From Eledone cirrhosa (taxonomy: Eukaryota): 64,000 nucleotides of DNA. The notes below the pieces were generated by a model, which searched no databases, was not told the DNA's origin, and saw only the letters and a program-made list of their open reading frames with translations. The stretch's first letter is position 1, and every line of letters begins with the position of its first letter. The stretch is from NCBI GenBank assembly GCA_964016885.1, contig OZ024742.1, positions 285,634,001 through 285,698,000 of the forward strand, written 5' to 3'. Below are positions 45,020-59,354 of the stretch, in pieces. Both the position numbers and the translations under genes were made by a program.

Positions 45020-45577
45020 CTCTTGTTTATCTTGTGTAAGATTGCATGTATTTGTCTCTGTGTGTGTGTCTGTGTCTGTGCGGTTAGAGTGCCACGCTGA
45101 ATCTCCTTGAGAACTACGTTAAGTGTACACGTGTCTGTGGAATGCTCAATCACTTGTGGGTTAATCTCACGAGCAATCTCTTCCGTTGTTTAAACAACAG
45201 GGACATACGTCGTCGGAACCGACCGAGACCCCAAAGTATTATTATGCCTGATACCTTGTATGTATTAATTTTGAGTTGATAGCAGCTGCGTTGTTCAAGT
45301 ATTTATCAAGTGTGTGTGGGTGTGTGTGTGTGTTGCAGTTGAAGTGCCTTCAAATATTAATTAAACAGACTATGGTTCATTGACGAAGTGTGGAGATACA
45401 GGAATCCCACCAAACACTACCACCACCACCACCACCACCACCATCACCACTACTGTTACTACTACTACTTAACCAAATCACGCCGTAGTGGTGATTTAAT
45501 TCAGCTGAGTATCAAGAGAAAAGCTCATCATAAACCAAATCTTATCCTGGGTCTTATAAAAACTTATTAAACTAAAT

Positions 45578-45892
45578 AATTGTTTCTACTTTTGGCACAA
45601 TGCCAGCAATTACCCAGTGCATTACTGGTACTTTATTTTATCGACCCCGTAAGGATGAAAGGCAAAGTTAACCTCGGCGGGATTTGAACTCAGATCATAA
45701 AGGGCCGTAACTCTTTGCTGCAAAGCATGGCGTCCGACCCTCTACCGATACTGCCAATCCACCACCACTTATCAAGCTAAATAATTGTTTCTACTTTTGG
45801 TACAAGGCCAGCAATTACCCAGTGCATTACTGGTACTTTATTTTATCGACCCCCGTAAAGATGAAAGGCAGAATTAACCTCGGCGAGATTTG
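45578..45892 (-). mobile_element. Two tandem SINE family 1 copies
   Basis: Reverse complement match; second copy truncated. Confidence 0.85.
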
Positions 45893-46224
45893 ATAATAAT
45901 ATAAGGAATATATGTATGTAGACATCTTTTCATTTTCCTTCATAAAAGAACCATGTATGTATGAACCAGTAACTCCTGAAGGAGTCATAGGGACACCGTT
46001 ATTGACTGACATACGGCGATTCTGGGGGCACTTTAAAACCTGGCGAAGCCTATCACCTCTCCAGGTCTGAATACAACAGATTTCTTCCAGTTGCTTATAA
46101 TAGCAAGAGAGACAGGGGTAGTGACAATGGGAATTTGATTCTATTATGTTCAATCCTTGTTAGGAATTTGTTGTTTTAGTATATATATAGATGCACACAC
46201 ACACACAGACCACACACACACAGA

Positions 46225-46335
<111 letters not shown>

Positions 46336-46689
46336 CACAATGTAAACTCTTGTTATAAAAGAAACTACAACTTTCTCTTTTACAATATATTGTAAAAGAT
46401 CTACCAACTATAAACAAAATCTTTGAGTACATGGAGGTCACGAAAAAGATTCAACAACAGAACCTCCTAGCTGCTTTACAGATTCCCTAGCTTCCCATTT
46501 TTTCTTCATCTTTTATTTTAAGGCTTATTTTGCCCCCTGTTGGCCTTCCTTATTTACATTACATTTCATTTACATTATATTTTATTTTTATATATCAGGG
46601 GGAGTAAACGTCAGTGATAGAAGAAAGAGAACAGATAGTTTGGAGGTGTATAGAAACAGGTACATTATTTTTTTTTTTTTTTTTTTCCA

Positions 46690-46905
46690 ACTGTAAGAAG
46701 TACTAGATACTTCCCCTAGTCTGCCATGGCTTACTAGCTCTATACGGACGCTTGAATTTATGTTTATTTTTATATTTATATTCACTTATATCTGTTTATC
46801 TTGTTTTTGTTTTGTTTCTAAACTCAATACGTTTCTAAAACGTCTGTATAGAGCTAGTAAGCCATGGCTTACTAGCTCTATACGGACGTTTAAATTGATT
46901 AAATA
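46690..46905 (+). repeat. Short repeat family with palindromic copy (46838-46891); another copy at 7178-7265
   Basis: Shared ctagtctgYcatggcttactagctctatRcggacgttt; direct + inverted arrangement like PLE pLTRs. Confidence 0.65.
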
Positions 46906-46972
46906 AATACATATGACACTTCCTAATTCCAATAGTTACTTCTCCTTCACCTGTATATATAATGATAATAAT

Positions 46973-47460
46973 AAGTGTTTCTACTATAGGCACAAGGCCA
47001 GCAATTTGAAGTGGGGGAAGTCGATTAAATCGAACCCAGTGCATGACTGGTGCTTTATTTTTATCGACCCCGTAAGGATGAAAGGCAAAGCTAACCTCGA
47101 CGGGATTTGAACTTAGAGCATAAAGAGCTGTAAACATCTGCTGTAAAGCATTTTGTTTGATGTTTTTTTTTTTTTTATTTAGGCACAAGTCCAGCAATTT
47201 TCGGAAGGATAGAAGACATAGTTGACCTTGAGTTTTGAACACAGCTATAATTAGTTACGGCACATTACCTTTTAAGCTTTTTATTCAACACTCTAACAAT
47301 TCTGTCAATCCAGCACTCTAATCTAGACACATACCTAACACTATGAAGGAAGAGGTAAAGTCGATTATATCGACCTCAGTACTACTTCACTGGTAATTTA
47401 TTTTTATCATCCCCGGAAGGATGAAAAGCAAAGTTAACTAACCACAGCGGGATTTCAACT
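46973..47460 (-). mobile_element. Cluster of SINE family 1 fragments
   Basis: Body and B box motifs. Confidence 0.75.
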
Positions 47461-47474
47461 CTTATTTTCATCTT

Positions 47475-47720
47475 TTTCTTCGTCGCCCACTTATTCCTAA
47501 AAGGGTCGTGAAGGCCCAGAGTCCTCAAACACTCCTTTCAGTTGGTCCTGACAGAAGCGACTGTCTCCAATTGATCCACCTGGATCCCCAAGCGTGACCA
47601 GCCGAGCTCAAATGTTATTCAACCGTCTTACTCGGAGTCTAACCCTGGGTCTCCTGCCGGTTGGTTTTGCTCGTAAAATCTGTCCAGAGATTCTTTCCCG
47701 AGACATTCTATCCATATGCC
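47475..47720 (-). mobile_element. RTE-like LINE 3' fragment
   Basis: Reverse complement homolog of 51125-51305. Confidence 0.7.
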
Positions 47721-48052
47721 TGTAATAATAATAATAATAATAAAATATTAAAAAAACAATAAATAGCACAAACCTTTATCTAAGGCTCTAACTATTCTGC
47801 CAATCCATCACATTTCATTTCTGCAAAAAGTCAACAATATGAAAGAAGAGGTAAGTCGATTAAATAACTACCACAAGCATTCATATGAATCACTACCTCC
47901 TTACAGACAACTAACGCTGCACACCAGGTCCGAACACAGAAGAGCCGAACTCCCACTGATCAACCCAGTAGTAAACTGGTATTTTATTATCAACCCCGGA
48001 AAGATGAAAGGCAAAGTTGACACACCTCAGTGAGATTTGAACTCAGAACGTA

Positions 48053-48152
48053 AAAATAAAATAAAATAAAATAAAATAAAATAAAATAAAATAAAATAAA
48101 ATAAAATAAAATAAAATAAAATAAAATAAAATAAAAAATAAAATAAAATAAT
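48053..48152. repeat. (AAAAT)n microsatellite inside a SINE
   Basis: Direct inspection. Confidence 0.95.
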
Positions 48153-48344
48153 AAGCAAATATCGCAAACCATTTATCCAATGCTCTACCGATTCTGTTAA
48201 TTCACAGTAGGCTTAGGTTAAGTATGTTAAGTAAGTTGTAATCATGTGCATGGTGGTAACAGATGAAATAAATGTACTTATATGAATATATGGGTCACTA
48301 TGTCATTACGTTAAGTGGTTCGGCACGTGATCCATTGTCAGAAG

Positions 48345-48448
48345 GAAGTTGTTAACGTTGTTGTTGTTGGCATTATCCCTGCTGATGTTGTTGTTGTTGT
48401 TATTGTTGGCATTATCCCTGCTGATGTTGTTGGCATTATCCCTGCGAA

Positions 48449-48481
<33 letters not shown>

Positions 48482-48542
48482 CACTCTCTTCGTTGGTATT
48501 GTTGTTGTTGTTGTTGTTGTTGCTATCACTCTCTTCGTTGGT

Positions 48543-48575
<33 letters not shown>

Positions 48576-48790
48576 GCTGTCACTCTCTTCGCTGATGCTG
48601 TTGTTGTTGTTGTTGTCGTCGTTGATACTGTTGTTGTTGTTGTTGTCACTCTCTTCCTTGATACTGTTGTTGTTGTTATCATCGTTGATCCTGTTGCTGT
48701 TGTTGTTGTCGTTGATCCTGTTGTTGTTGTTGTTGTTGTTGATACTGTTGTTGTTGTTGTTGTTGTTGTCATTGATATTGTTGTTATTGT
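48345..48790. repeat. Degenerate (GTT)n low-complexity repeat
   Basis: (gtt)n with recurrent ggcattatccct and cactctcttc spacers. Confidence 0.85.
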
Positions 48791-48861
48791 TTTAATCATT
48801 GATGCTACCGTCTTTTTGTTGTTGGAATTATTGTCGTTAGTATTGTTTCCATGATGCTGTT

Positions 48862-49211
48862 AGGGCGGTAGAGTGGCGGTGGATTGGCGGTAGAGGGTCT
48901 GACGTCATGCTTTGTAGCATAGAGTTACGGCCCTTTTATATATGAGTCCAAATCCCACCGAAGTTAACTTTACCTATCATCCTTACGAGGTCGATAAACC
49001 AATGCACCAGTAACGTACTGAGGTCGATTTAATCGACTTTCGCCTCTCCCCCTTCAATTACTGGCCTTGTGCCTATACTAGAAATCATTATTGTTCGAGT
49101 TCAAATCGCGCCGAGGTTGACTTTGCCTTTCATCCTTACGGGGTCGATAAAATAAAGTACCAGTAATACACTGATTAATTGTTGGCCTTGTGCCTAAAGT
49201 AGAAACAATTA
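48862..49211 (+). mobile_element. Two tandem SINE family 1 copies
   Basis: A/B boxes and body. Confidence 0.85.
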
Positions 49212-49291
49212 TTGTTCATGCTGTTGGTATTCTTGTTAATATTATCCTTGTTGATGTTGTTGCTGCTGTTGTTGTGGTTGTTCTTGCTGTT

Positions 49292-49830
49292 TGTTGTTGT
49301 GGGTGTTACTGTGGTTGTTATTGGTGTTGTTGTAGCTGTTATTGTTGATGTATCTGTTGTTACTGTTGTAGTGGCTGTTTGTTGTTGTGGGTGTTACTGT
49401 GGTTGTTATTGGTGTTGTTGTAGCTGTTATTGTTGATGTATCTGTTGTTACTGTTGTAGTGGCTGTTTGTTGTTGTGGGTGTTACTGTGGTTGTTATTGG
49501 TGTTGTTGTAGCTGTTATTGTTGATGTATCTGTTGTTACTGATGTAGTGGCTGTTTGTTGTTGTGGGTGTTACTGTGGTTGTTATTGGTGTTGTTGTAGC
49601 TGTTATTGTTGATGTATCTGTTGTTACTGTTGTAGTGGCTGTTTGTTGTTGTGGGTGTTACTGTGGTTGTTATTGGTGTTGTTGTAGCTGTTATTGTTGA
49701 TGTATCTGTTGTTACTGTTGTAGTGGCTGTTTGTTGTTGTGGATGTAACTGTGGTTGTTATTGGTGTTGTTGTAGCTGTTATTGTTGATGTATCTGTTGT
49801 TACTGTTGTTATGGGTGTTACTGTGGTTGT
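49292..49830. repeat. 88-bp (GTT)-derived minisatellite, about 6 copies
   Basis: gggtgttactgtgg recurs at 49301, 49389, ... Confidence 0.9.
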
Positions 49831-49884
49831 TGTCCTTATAGTTGATGTTCTTGTTGTTCTTGTTACTAGGATTATTACTATTGC

Positions 49885-50335
49885 CAGGGTTGTAGATTGA
49901 CAGCATCGGTTGAGCGTACGTAAAAGAAAAACCATAAATTATTTGATCCAGGCTCATTATGATCCGAGTTCAAATCCCTTCGAGATTAACTTTGCCTTCC
50001 ATTCTTTCGAGGTCGGTAAAATAATTTATTGGGGTTGATTTAATCGACTTTCTCTTTCCCCTCTAAAAACTGATGACCTTGTGCTTATATTAGAAGCCAG
50101 TATTGTTGTCGTTTAGGGCGGAGGATTGGCAGTATCGGTAGAGCGTCGGTTAATATGCTTTATTGCAGAGGGTCACGCCTCTTTATGATCTGAGTTAAAA
50201 TCACGCCGTGGCTAGCTTTGCCTTTCATCCTTACGGGGTCGATAAAATAAAGTACCAGTAATGGACTGGGGGTCGATTTAATCCACTTTCCCCCCAAAAA
50301 AATTATTGGCCTTGTGTCTAAATCAGAAATCAATT
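49885..50335 (+). mobile_element. Two tandem SINE family 1 copies
   Basis: A/B boxes and body. Confidence 0.8.
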
Positions 50336-50819
50336 ATTACTGTTGTCGTCGATATTGTTGTTACTGTCATTGCTGTTCCTGTTCCTGTTGTTGTTGTTAT
50401 TGCTGCTATCATTATTAATGTTGTTGTAGTTGCTGCTGTCATTATTGATGCTGTTCCTGTCGTTGTGTTGTCATTCTTGTTGTTGCTGTTGCTGCTGTTT
50501 CTGTCTTTGGTGTTGTGCTGCTGTAGTTGTTGTTCCTGTAATTATTGCTGCTGTTGTTTCTTGTTTTGTGTTTCAATCGCCTCACACTATTCATCTCTTT
50601 CTTCTATAAGTTTCTTCTTTTATATTTTCCTCTCTTCAACGTTTATCTTTCTGTTCCTCTTTCATCTTCCGGATTTCCGTAGCCCTCAATCATTTGAGGA
50701 AATTTCCTCTAATATTCTTGTATCTCTGCCATGAAAATCTTTACTTTAGAATTATATACATCTACATATATGTATGTACGTGTGTGGAGCATACGTACAC
50801 TCACACCCACACATGTGTG

Positions 50820-50876
<57 letters not shown>

Positions 50877-51124
50877 CGTGTGCGTATGTGTGTGTGTGTG
50901 TGTGGTCTGTGGTACGTAGACGCAGACAAGCCTCGAAAAACATCTCAATTCATTTAGTCGACGTAGTTATTCACTGCGAGTGTTGTACAATTTAATATAA
51001 ACTAGTTAGGACTATAACTAATATTTCTGTGAAATAAACGACGAGATATAATCTCCAATATAATCACACACAAAATATATGTTTATAACTGTCTTACGGT
51101 AACGTTCCTCATAATGATTCTGGT

Positions 51125-51372
51125 AAGAATGTCTGAGGAAAGAACCACTGGACAGATTTTACGGGCAAAACCAACCGGCAGAAGCATGGGTGGATCCCGA
51201 GCCCGAGCAAAATGGTTGGATAACATCCATGAGCTCGTCTGGTCTTCCTTGGGGATCCAGCCGGATCTGTTGGAGATAGCTGCTTCTGACAGGACCTGTT
51301 CTAGACAGCCCATGGTGGGAGGGGGAGGGGGAGAAGAAGAAGAAGAAGAAGAAGAAGAAGAAGAAGAAGAAG
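51125..51372 (+). mobile_element. RTE-like LINE 3' fragment with (GAA)n tail
   Basis: RMSEER..QILRAKPTGR..GSRARAKWLDNI; homologous pieces at 47475-47720 (-) and 60518-60590 (+). Confidence 0.7.
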
Positions 51373-51519
51373 CCTCACATTCATTCGTTTTGGCCAGGAA
51401 AAACTGACGTCATCAAACGTTGTCCAACATTTTTTAAGTCTTTCGACTCTGAACTCTAAAGCCTTCCCGTAGGTCAGTCGGTAATAGTGGCCTAATAAAT
51501 TGTCCAAATTCTCCATCTA

Positions 51520-52712
51520 GTTTCCAGCCTATCTACTAACATATGCGTACAGATGTACGCTAATGCCAGCAAATACATTTTAAATCTTTTTTTTTTAATT
51601 TTCTTATTTTACGTCCTTCATATTATTGTTCATATTATTGTTCTGCATCCTCCTGCATTGAACCACCTAGGTACTATGACATAACTTATGTATTTGCTGG
51701 CATTAGCGTACATCTGTACGCATATGTTAGTAGATATACTAAATTCTCTATATTTATCTCCAAATTATTTATTTGTTGAGCAAACCTGCCAAAACCACTA
51801 CTAATTCATTGGTGTGGTAGTAGGCTTCTGTCATCTTACCATCCCACTTCTTCCGACTAGCCTCAGTGTCACGTGATTGATTCTTTAGAATCTGCCATTT
51901 GACCAGAGACAGCGAGCTTTTCAGTGCATGGAATCCAGTCCCCGCTAGCTGTTCCATCTACCGAATTATTATTATTTTTATATGAGTCCCCAGTGTCCGC
52001 GCATTGCCTGGAGACTTAGCTGAGAATAGACTCCCTGATGACGCAATGAATTTTCGACAGTTTTATTACGTAACTGTCTTTATCCCATTGCAGAAACTAA
52101 TTAGTTGGAGTGAAAATTTTAGTAAGTTAATTTTAAAAAAAATTTTTTAAATTTTCTTATTTTACGTCTTTTATATTATTGTTCTGCATCCTCCTGCATT
52201 GAACCACCTAGGTACTATGACATAACCTGTGTATTTGCTGGCATTAGCGTACATCTGTACGCATGTGTTAGTAGATATACTAAATTCTCTATATTTTTCT
52301 CCAAATTACTTATTTGTTGAGCAAACCTGCCAAAACCACTACTAATTTATTGGTGTGATAATAGGCTTCTGTCATCTTACCATCCTACTCCTACCGACTA
52401 GCCTCAGTGTCACGTGATTGATTCTTTAGAATCAGCCATTTGACCAGAGACAGCGAGCTTTTCAGTGCATGGAATCCAGTCCCCGCTAGCTGTTCCATCT
52501 ACCGAATTATTATTATTTTTATATGAGTCCCCAGTGTCCGCGCATTGCCTGGAGACTTAGCTGAGAATAGACTCCCTGATGACGCAATGAATTCTCGACA
52601 GTTTTATTACGTAACTGTCTTCACCCCCATTGCAGAAACTAATTAGTTGGAGTGAAAATTTTAGTAAGTAAGTTAATTTTTAAAAAATTTAAAAAAATTT
52701 TCTTATTTTACG

Positions 52713-52718
<6 letters not shown>
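51520..52718 (+). mobile_element. ORF-less HHR-bearing tandem element, 541-bp period, with short inverted 5' piece (subfamily B)
   Basis: Two near-identical units, HHRs at 52030-52111 and 52571-52653; homologous to but diverged from 38664-39765; ends in (TA)n. Confidence 0.85.
52030..52111 (+). ncRNA. Hammerhead ribozyme, subfamily B (second copy 52571-52653)
   Basis: actcc-CTGATGA-c-gcaatg...cattgc-a-GAAA-ctaattag-TT-ggagt. Confidence 0.85.
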
Positions 52719-52798
<80 letters not shown>

Positions 52799-52830
52799 AT
52801 TATGTAATAAACAACATAAGGCAATTATTC

Positions 52831-52884
52831 CATTTACCAGTGGTTTCTTAAAAGCAAAAGGTTTTGCTTTCAATCCTCAGAATG
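52831..52884 (-). ncRNA. Hammerhead ribozyme motif in inverted pLTR
   Basis: Reverse complement of 52962-53015. Confidence 0.8.
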
Positions 52885-52961
52885 AAAACATCCTGGTTTG
52901 TTTATTGAATTTGGATTTTTGTTTTTTAAAATCCAAATTCAATAAACAAACCATGATTTTT

Positions 52962-53015
52962 CATTCTGAGGATTGAAAGCAAAACCTTTTGCTTTTAAGA
53001 AACCACTGGTAAATG
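52962..53015 (+). ncRNA. Type I hammerhead ribozyme motif in 5' pLTR
   Basis: catt-CTGAGGA-ttgaaagcaaaa/cc/ttttgcttttaa-GAAA-cca c tgg-TA-aatg: canonical core, stems I-III. Confidence 0.85.
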
Positions 53016-53237
53016 GAATAATTGCCTTATGTTGTTTATTACATAATAATAATAATTAAGCTCTGTTGCCTACATAGAGCACTCTTTTTTCCTGGACTTT
53101 TCCGATGGAATTACTTCATTTATACAGCTCCTACCGGGATTGATCGAAGCATATTCTATATTACATATACGATTGGCACTTTCCAGCCCGATTAGTTGAG
53201 CACTCTACAGTTTTCAGGAATTTAACCAACATACACC

Positions 53238-55373
53238 ATGGACCTTTATGATTTGGATTATTCTATCAAAAATATACCCACTCCTTCCAACACAACTTAC
53301 ACCAAAATCCTCATAGATAAAATCGAACAAGTCGTTAAAAGAATGAGATGGAAGGCAATGGTTTACGATGGACTATTCAGTGCTGATACTAAAGATTGTT
53401 TTGACATTAAATCCCGTAAATATCCACCTAGAATTAAAGACATGGCCAACTTCGAATTAGACCTCGTTAATCTAATTAGTGATATCAAATTTCGTAAGTA
53501 CAATAATAACTTTCAAACTAAACTTTCTAACGATATTTCTAATTTTAGAAATTCTACAAACACTTTCGTTCTTTCTGATAAAACTAAAAACCTCTTTGAA
53601 GTTAATAGTAATTTGTATAACCAACTTTTAACTAATAGTATTACCAATAAATATCAATTAACTAATAATAATACCTACAATACTATCAATAAAGAAGCTA
53701 AAGAACTAGCTAGTTCTTTACAAATAGATAACCGGATTGAAAGCTTAGCTAAGCGTAAAGAATATATTACCCTTAAAGACCATAAATTGGACTTTACTAA
53801 TCGACCTAGTTGTAGACTGATTAACCCGGCTAAATCCGAGGTTGGCCTTGTTAGTAAGAAAATCTTAAGAAAAATAATTCTCCAACTTAGAACTAAGACT
53901 GACCTATCACAATGGCTAAATACTTCCTCTGTTATTTCTTGCTTCAATAATATACAAGGTAAAAATAAGTATAGATTTACCCAATTTGATATTGTCGATT
54001 TTTACCCTTCTATTACTGTTTCCTTATTAACTAATGCCTTAGAATTTGCAAGACCCTTCATTAATATCTCTAAATTAGAAGAGGACATTATCTTTCATGC
54101 TAGAAAAACTTTACTTTTTACTAATGATAATATTTGGGTTAAAAAGTCAAACCCTGAAAACTCTTTTGATGTTGCAATGGGTTCATATGACAGTGCGGAT
54201 GTGTGTGACTTAGTAGGATTATTCCTTCTCCACACACTCAAAGAGAAATTTCCGTCCCATAATATCGGTTTATACCGTGATGACGGATTAGCAGTTTCTC
54301 ATACCACCAACGGCCATAATCTTGATAAATTCCGTAAAGATTTAATCAATACTTTTGCTAATCTTAACCTTAAAATTACTATAGATACGAACCTTACTAA
54401 TGCTAACTTTCTTGATATTAATCTTGATCTACTTACTGCCTCTTTTAAACCCTATCATAAACCTAATGAAAATCTTAGGTATATACACAAAGAGTCTTGC
54501 CATCCCCCTATAGTTTTTAATAATCTTATTCCTAACATTAGCCGTAGGATTTCTACCTTATCTTCGTCTATAGACATTTTTAATAAAGCCAACCCTTATT
54601 ATAATAAAGCCCTTAAGAACAGCGGTTTTACAGAAAAAATTTCTTATTTACCTACTCCCCCCCCCCCTAAAACTAACCATAATAACAGGAAAAGGAAGAT
54701 TATTTGGTTCACACCCCCCTTCTCTCTAACTGTCAAAACTAATGTAGGAAGGAAATTCCTTGAACTATTAGACAAACATTTTCCTCCTATTCATAGATAT
54801 TATAAGATTTTTAATAGGAATGTAGTTAAGATCAGCTACTCTTGTTGCCCATCTATGAAGTCCAAAATCACCAGTTCAAACCGTACGAGGATAAATCCAG
54901 GATGCAGTTGCAGGAAGCCGGATGAATGCCCATTGCAGGGTAAATGTAACACAAAATCTGTCGTTTATGAGGCTAAGATAACGCCAGTAATCAACAACCA
55001 GCCAGCCAGGAGTGAGCGATATGTCGGTATGACCCAGGACAGGTTTAAAACCAGATTTTACTCACATGTCGCTTCTTTTAAGCACTCCGATAAACGAACA
55101 TCAACGGCCCTCGCAAGTAAGGTATGGGATCTCAAGGATAGTAACATCCCGTACTCTATTGATTGGTCTATATTAGACCATTCGAGGGAGTACCAAAGGG
55201 GCACAAAGAATTGTTCTTTGTGTACCACAGAAAAGTATAGGATTTTGCTAAACTTGAGAGCCACTTCCGCTTGCCTTAACTCAAAGACTGAGATCTTCAG
55301 ATGCTGTCCTCATCTGAAATCGCATCTGATCTGTAACTGGATTGACACTCCTATGATAAATCAACCGCCTTGA
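53238..55373 (+). CDS. Penelope-like element polyprotein: reverse transcriptase + C-terminal GIY-YIG endonuclease (Naiad-like), uninterrupted 711 aa
   Basis: RT motifs [57 protein letters not shown]; linker [15 protein letters not shown] (CxCx5C); EN motifs [43 protein letters not shown]; good ATG context (caccATGg). Confidence 0.95.
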   Translation: MDLYDLDYSIKNIPTPSNTTYTKILIDKIEQVVKRMRWKAMVYDGLFSADTKDCFDIKSRKYPPRIKDMANFELDLVNLISDIKFRKYNNNFQTKLSNDISNFRNSTNTFVLSDKTKNLFEVNSNLYNQLLTNSITNKYQLTNNNTYNTINKEAKELASSLQIDNRIESLAKRKEYITLKDHKLDFTNRPSCRLINPAKSEVGLVSKKILRKIILQLRTKTDLSQWLNTSSVISCFNNIQGKNKYRFTQFDIVDFYPSITVSLLTNALEFARPFINISKLEEDIIFHARKTLLFTNDNIWVKKSNPENSFDVAMGSYDSADVCDLVGLFLLHTLKEKFPSHNIGLYRDDGLAVSHTTNGHNLDKFRKDLINTFANLNLKITIDTNLTNANFLDINLDLLTASFKPYHKPNENLRYIHKESCHPPIVFNNLIPNISRRISTLSSSIDIFNKANPYYNKALKNSGFTEKISYLPTPPPPKTNHNNRKRKIIWFTPPFSLTVKTNVGRKFLELLDKHFPPIHRYYKIFNRNVVKISYSCCPSMKSKITSSNRTRINPGCSCRKPDECPLQGKCNTKSVVYEAKITPVINNQPARSERYVGMTQDRFKTRFYSHVASFKHSDKRTSTALASKVWDLKDSNIPYSIDWSILDHSREYQRGTKNCSLCTTEKYRILLNLRATSACLNSKTEIFRCCPHLKSHLICNWIDTPMINQPP

Positions 55374-55564
55374 ACTCCTTCTCTGCTCTTTACTTCTGCT
55401 ACGGTTTTTATTTTGCTGATTCTACGTTCTGTACTCTTGTATATTTACTAAATCTTTTTCTCCCTTACCTCCCCTTATATTTTACCTCCTCTTATGCCCC
55501 CCCCCCCCCAATATATTCTTTTTGTTTTGCCCTTCACATACCTATGTGTATGTGTATGTATTTT

Positions 55565-55729
<165 letters not shown>

Positions 55730-55800
55730 ATGTGTATGTGTATATATATGTATATTTGTGTGTGTATATGTATGTATATGTGGATAAACCAGGTTTTTTT

Positions 55801-55854
55801 CATTCTGAAGATTGAAGGAAACATTTTTTGCTTTTAAGAAACCTCTGGTGAATG
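55801..55854 (+). ncRNA. Diverged internal hammerhead/pLTR copy, probably inactive
   Basis: catt-CTGAAGA...GAAA-cctctgg-TG-aatg; broken stem II and GUG at the cleavage triplet. Confidence 0.6.
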
Positions 55855-56007
55855 GAATAATTGCCTTATGTTGCTTTATTACTTTACTACTATATATACG
55901 TTTATGTAAGGTTCATTTGTCTTATCTAAGACTGAGTTTTACACATATACACATGTATATGTGTGTGTGTATGTGCATGCATATGTGTATATGTACGTAT
56001 ATGTGTA

Positions 56008-56050
<43 letters not shown>

Positions 56051-56073
56051 ATGTGTGTGTGTATTTATATATA

Positions 56074-56129
<56 letters not shown>

Positions 56130-56242
56130 TATTTGGTTGTGCGTGTTTTTTATATATACGTATTTGCATGTGTATAATTGTTTAGCTATGTATGTATATG
56201 TGTTTACGTATATGTGTGTGTGTGTGTGTGCGTTTATATTTT

Positions 56243-56307
<65 letters not shown>

Positions 56308-57006
56308 ATAATTACATATACATGTGTGTGTGTTTATATTGTATAAGTGTGCGTGTTTGTGTATGTATGTGTATGTATTTGTTTATGTATTTGTATATGT
56401 ATATTTATGTGTGAGAGTGTGTGTATGTGTTTACTATTTCGTACGTATGTATACGTGCTTTTGTGTGTATTACTTACCACGCGTGTCTGTCCTGTTAGCT
56501 GGTTCATGTAACGGTGTCAACAATTTTTTAATATATATCCCACATTTTCGAATATCTTTCGCGGATATAGAGGTTATCTCCCTTGCAGGACACCATGTGC
56601 GTCTCAACTAGGGTTGGCTTTTTTATTCGTTTGGACAAAGCCCGTTGATAAAGTATTCCGGTCCGCCGCTCTCTAGAAGTCTTATATATTTTTATGTGGG
56701 CTGATAGGGGGCGGATTAAGGAATTACAGAAACCCAAGAAGCTAGATTTACCATCTTTCTAGTGGGTCCGGGTAAGCTTTTTACATTCATATGATTTATT
56801 GATTTATTGATATTTTATCTGAGTGACCCGAATCTTCCTGATCGTAATTTTTCGGTCGTATGGGTGATTTTAGACATAATCTTTGTGTGTTGGTATTTTA
56901 ACGATAGTTATAGCTCTGATTTATCTGAATTATTGAGCCCTCTGCCACTCATGTCGAATTTGTTTATCGCGAACTCGTGAGCCGATTTTTCGATACTCGA
57001 TTATTC

Positions 57007-57063
<57 letters not shown>

Positions 57064-57242
57064 TTTTCTTATATTTATTTGCGTGTGTGAATATGTAGAG
57101 GAGTGCATTCATGTATGTGTATGTATGTACGTTTTGTATGTTTGTGTGAATGTATGTATATATATGTGTGTGTGTATGGCTATGTTTGTGTATGTGTATG
57201 CTTGTACACACACATGTGTATGTGTGTGTATGTGTATGTGTG

Positions 57243-57286
<44 letters not shown>

Positions 57287-57301
57287 TATATATATGTGTG
57301 T

Positions 57302-57366
<65 letters not shown>

Positions 57367-57639
57367 AATTTATGTATGTGTATATGTGTGTATATATGTG
57401 TATGTGTATGTAAGTGTACGTTTTATATATATGTGTATATGTATATATGTATGCGTACATATATATATGTATATATGTATGTGTGTGTAAGTATGCTTTT
57501 TTGTTTTTTTTGTGTGTGTGTTTGCATGTGTAGTTTTATTTTATTTTTCCTTTCCTTCTCCCTTCTCCAGCCTCACTTTCATATAGATTGCTTTTTTGTT
57601 TTTTAAAATCCAAATTCAATAAACAAACCAGGATTTTTT

Positions 57640-57693
57640 CATTCTGAGGATTGAAAGCAAAACCTTTTGCTTTTAAGAAACCACTGGTAAATG
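57640..57693 (+). ncRNA. Hammerhead ribozyme motif in 3' pLTR
   Basis: Identical to 52962-53015. Confidence 0.85.
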
Positions 57694-57798
57694 GAATAAT
57701 TGCCTTATGTTGTTTATTACATAATAATAATAATTAAGCTCTGTTGCCTACATAGAGCACTCTTTTTTCCTGGACTTTTCCGATGGAATTACTTCATT

Positions 57799-57830
<32 letters not shown>

Positions 57831-57983
57831 GGCATATATATATATATGTGTGTGTGTGTGTGTATTACACTCTCCTTAGTACAACCTCAAAGTACATACT
57901 GGAAACTACGCATCAAGTTCTCACTTTGGTGATCCAACAGTAATTTCACGTTACAACCCACAAAACTATATATACACACACAC

Positions 57984-58016
<33 letters not shown>

Positions 58017-58068
58017 TACACACACATACACTCACTCTCACACACACACATACACACACATACACTCA

Positions 58069-58201
<133 letters not shown>

Positions 58202-58444
58202 ACACACACACACACACACACAGACACAGACACACACACATATATATATATACAGCAATGCTCTTGTAATATGCTCTTCGTTGGTATACGAGAACATTGT
58301 GTTCATATATGTAAATACGTATATATTAGGTTTGGCGGTAGGAAGACTGTAAGGCCGAATGGCTGGTTGTGGGTTGGTAAAGTCTGTAACATAACAATGG
58401 TTAACATAACTAAGACAAAGAAGGTAGAATAACATCGGTCGTAC

Positions 58445-58476
<32 letters not shown>

Positions 58477-58715
58477 ATGTGTGAAAAAGAGAGAGAGAAA
58501 ACAAAACAAGGCAGAGGAAGATCACGCAAGATTATATATATATGTATATATATATGTATATATAAACACACACATATACATATATATATATATATATATA
58601 TATGTATATGTGTGTGTGTGTGTGTATGTCTATATATATATATATATGTATTGTATATATATGTGCGTATGGATGTATGTATATATATATATATATATAC
58701 AACCTGTCTCATATA

Positions 58716-59281
58716 GTACAACCTGTCTCATAGTCGGGTCGTTGGCGACTAAACTGGCAACCCCACCAAGGTTTCTTGGTGAGGAGAGTGACTTTGGACA
58801 TCCTGCAGGACTAAAAACAAAACCTGTCAAAGGGTAAAGGAGCTCTTAAGAGTCAATGGCCATCCAAAATCACCGGGAGAGATGACCCCTTAGCCTTTGT
58901 CAAGGCAGAATTCTAGGAGAAGGAAAACTCTGATATAACACCTGCAACTCTGATGGTATCCAATGATGTTGACTTGTTCTTCTTTTTGGTAATTATCATC
59001 TTGGTTAAGAGAGTGGGACTGGCTTTGTGCAGTGCCTTTGCTCACTATAAAAGCTTCACGGCACAGGCATTGCTTTATATCTGGAGATCTCTCTGCACTT
59101 GTCGTCACATGGTACCATGGGCCCAGCACTATGCGTCAATAATTGTCACAAGTGTAGTGTTTGTACCAGAGTTTTTAAGTCGCTGGCTGGACTAAAAAGT
59201 CACACTCGTTCAGCGCATCGGTAGGGGTTCTCCTACATTGATATAAAGTAGTGGCCGTACTCGAAAACGAGTTGGCAGCCA

Positions 59282-59284
<3 letters not shown>
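58716..59284. repeat. ~570-bp interspersed repeat; direct copy at 63112-63681, inverted partial copy at 59875-60097
   Basis: High identity between copies; same end abuts (TA)n each time. Confidence 0.85.

Positions 59285-59354
<70 letters not shown>

Noticed and set aside
48315-49957. Mucin-like Thr-rich ORFs on the minus strand
   Set aside because: (GTT)n-derived repeats interleaved with SINEs; the 88-bp unit shifts frame; no clear splice context.
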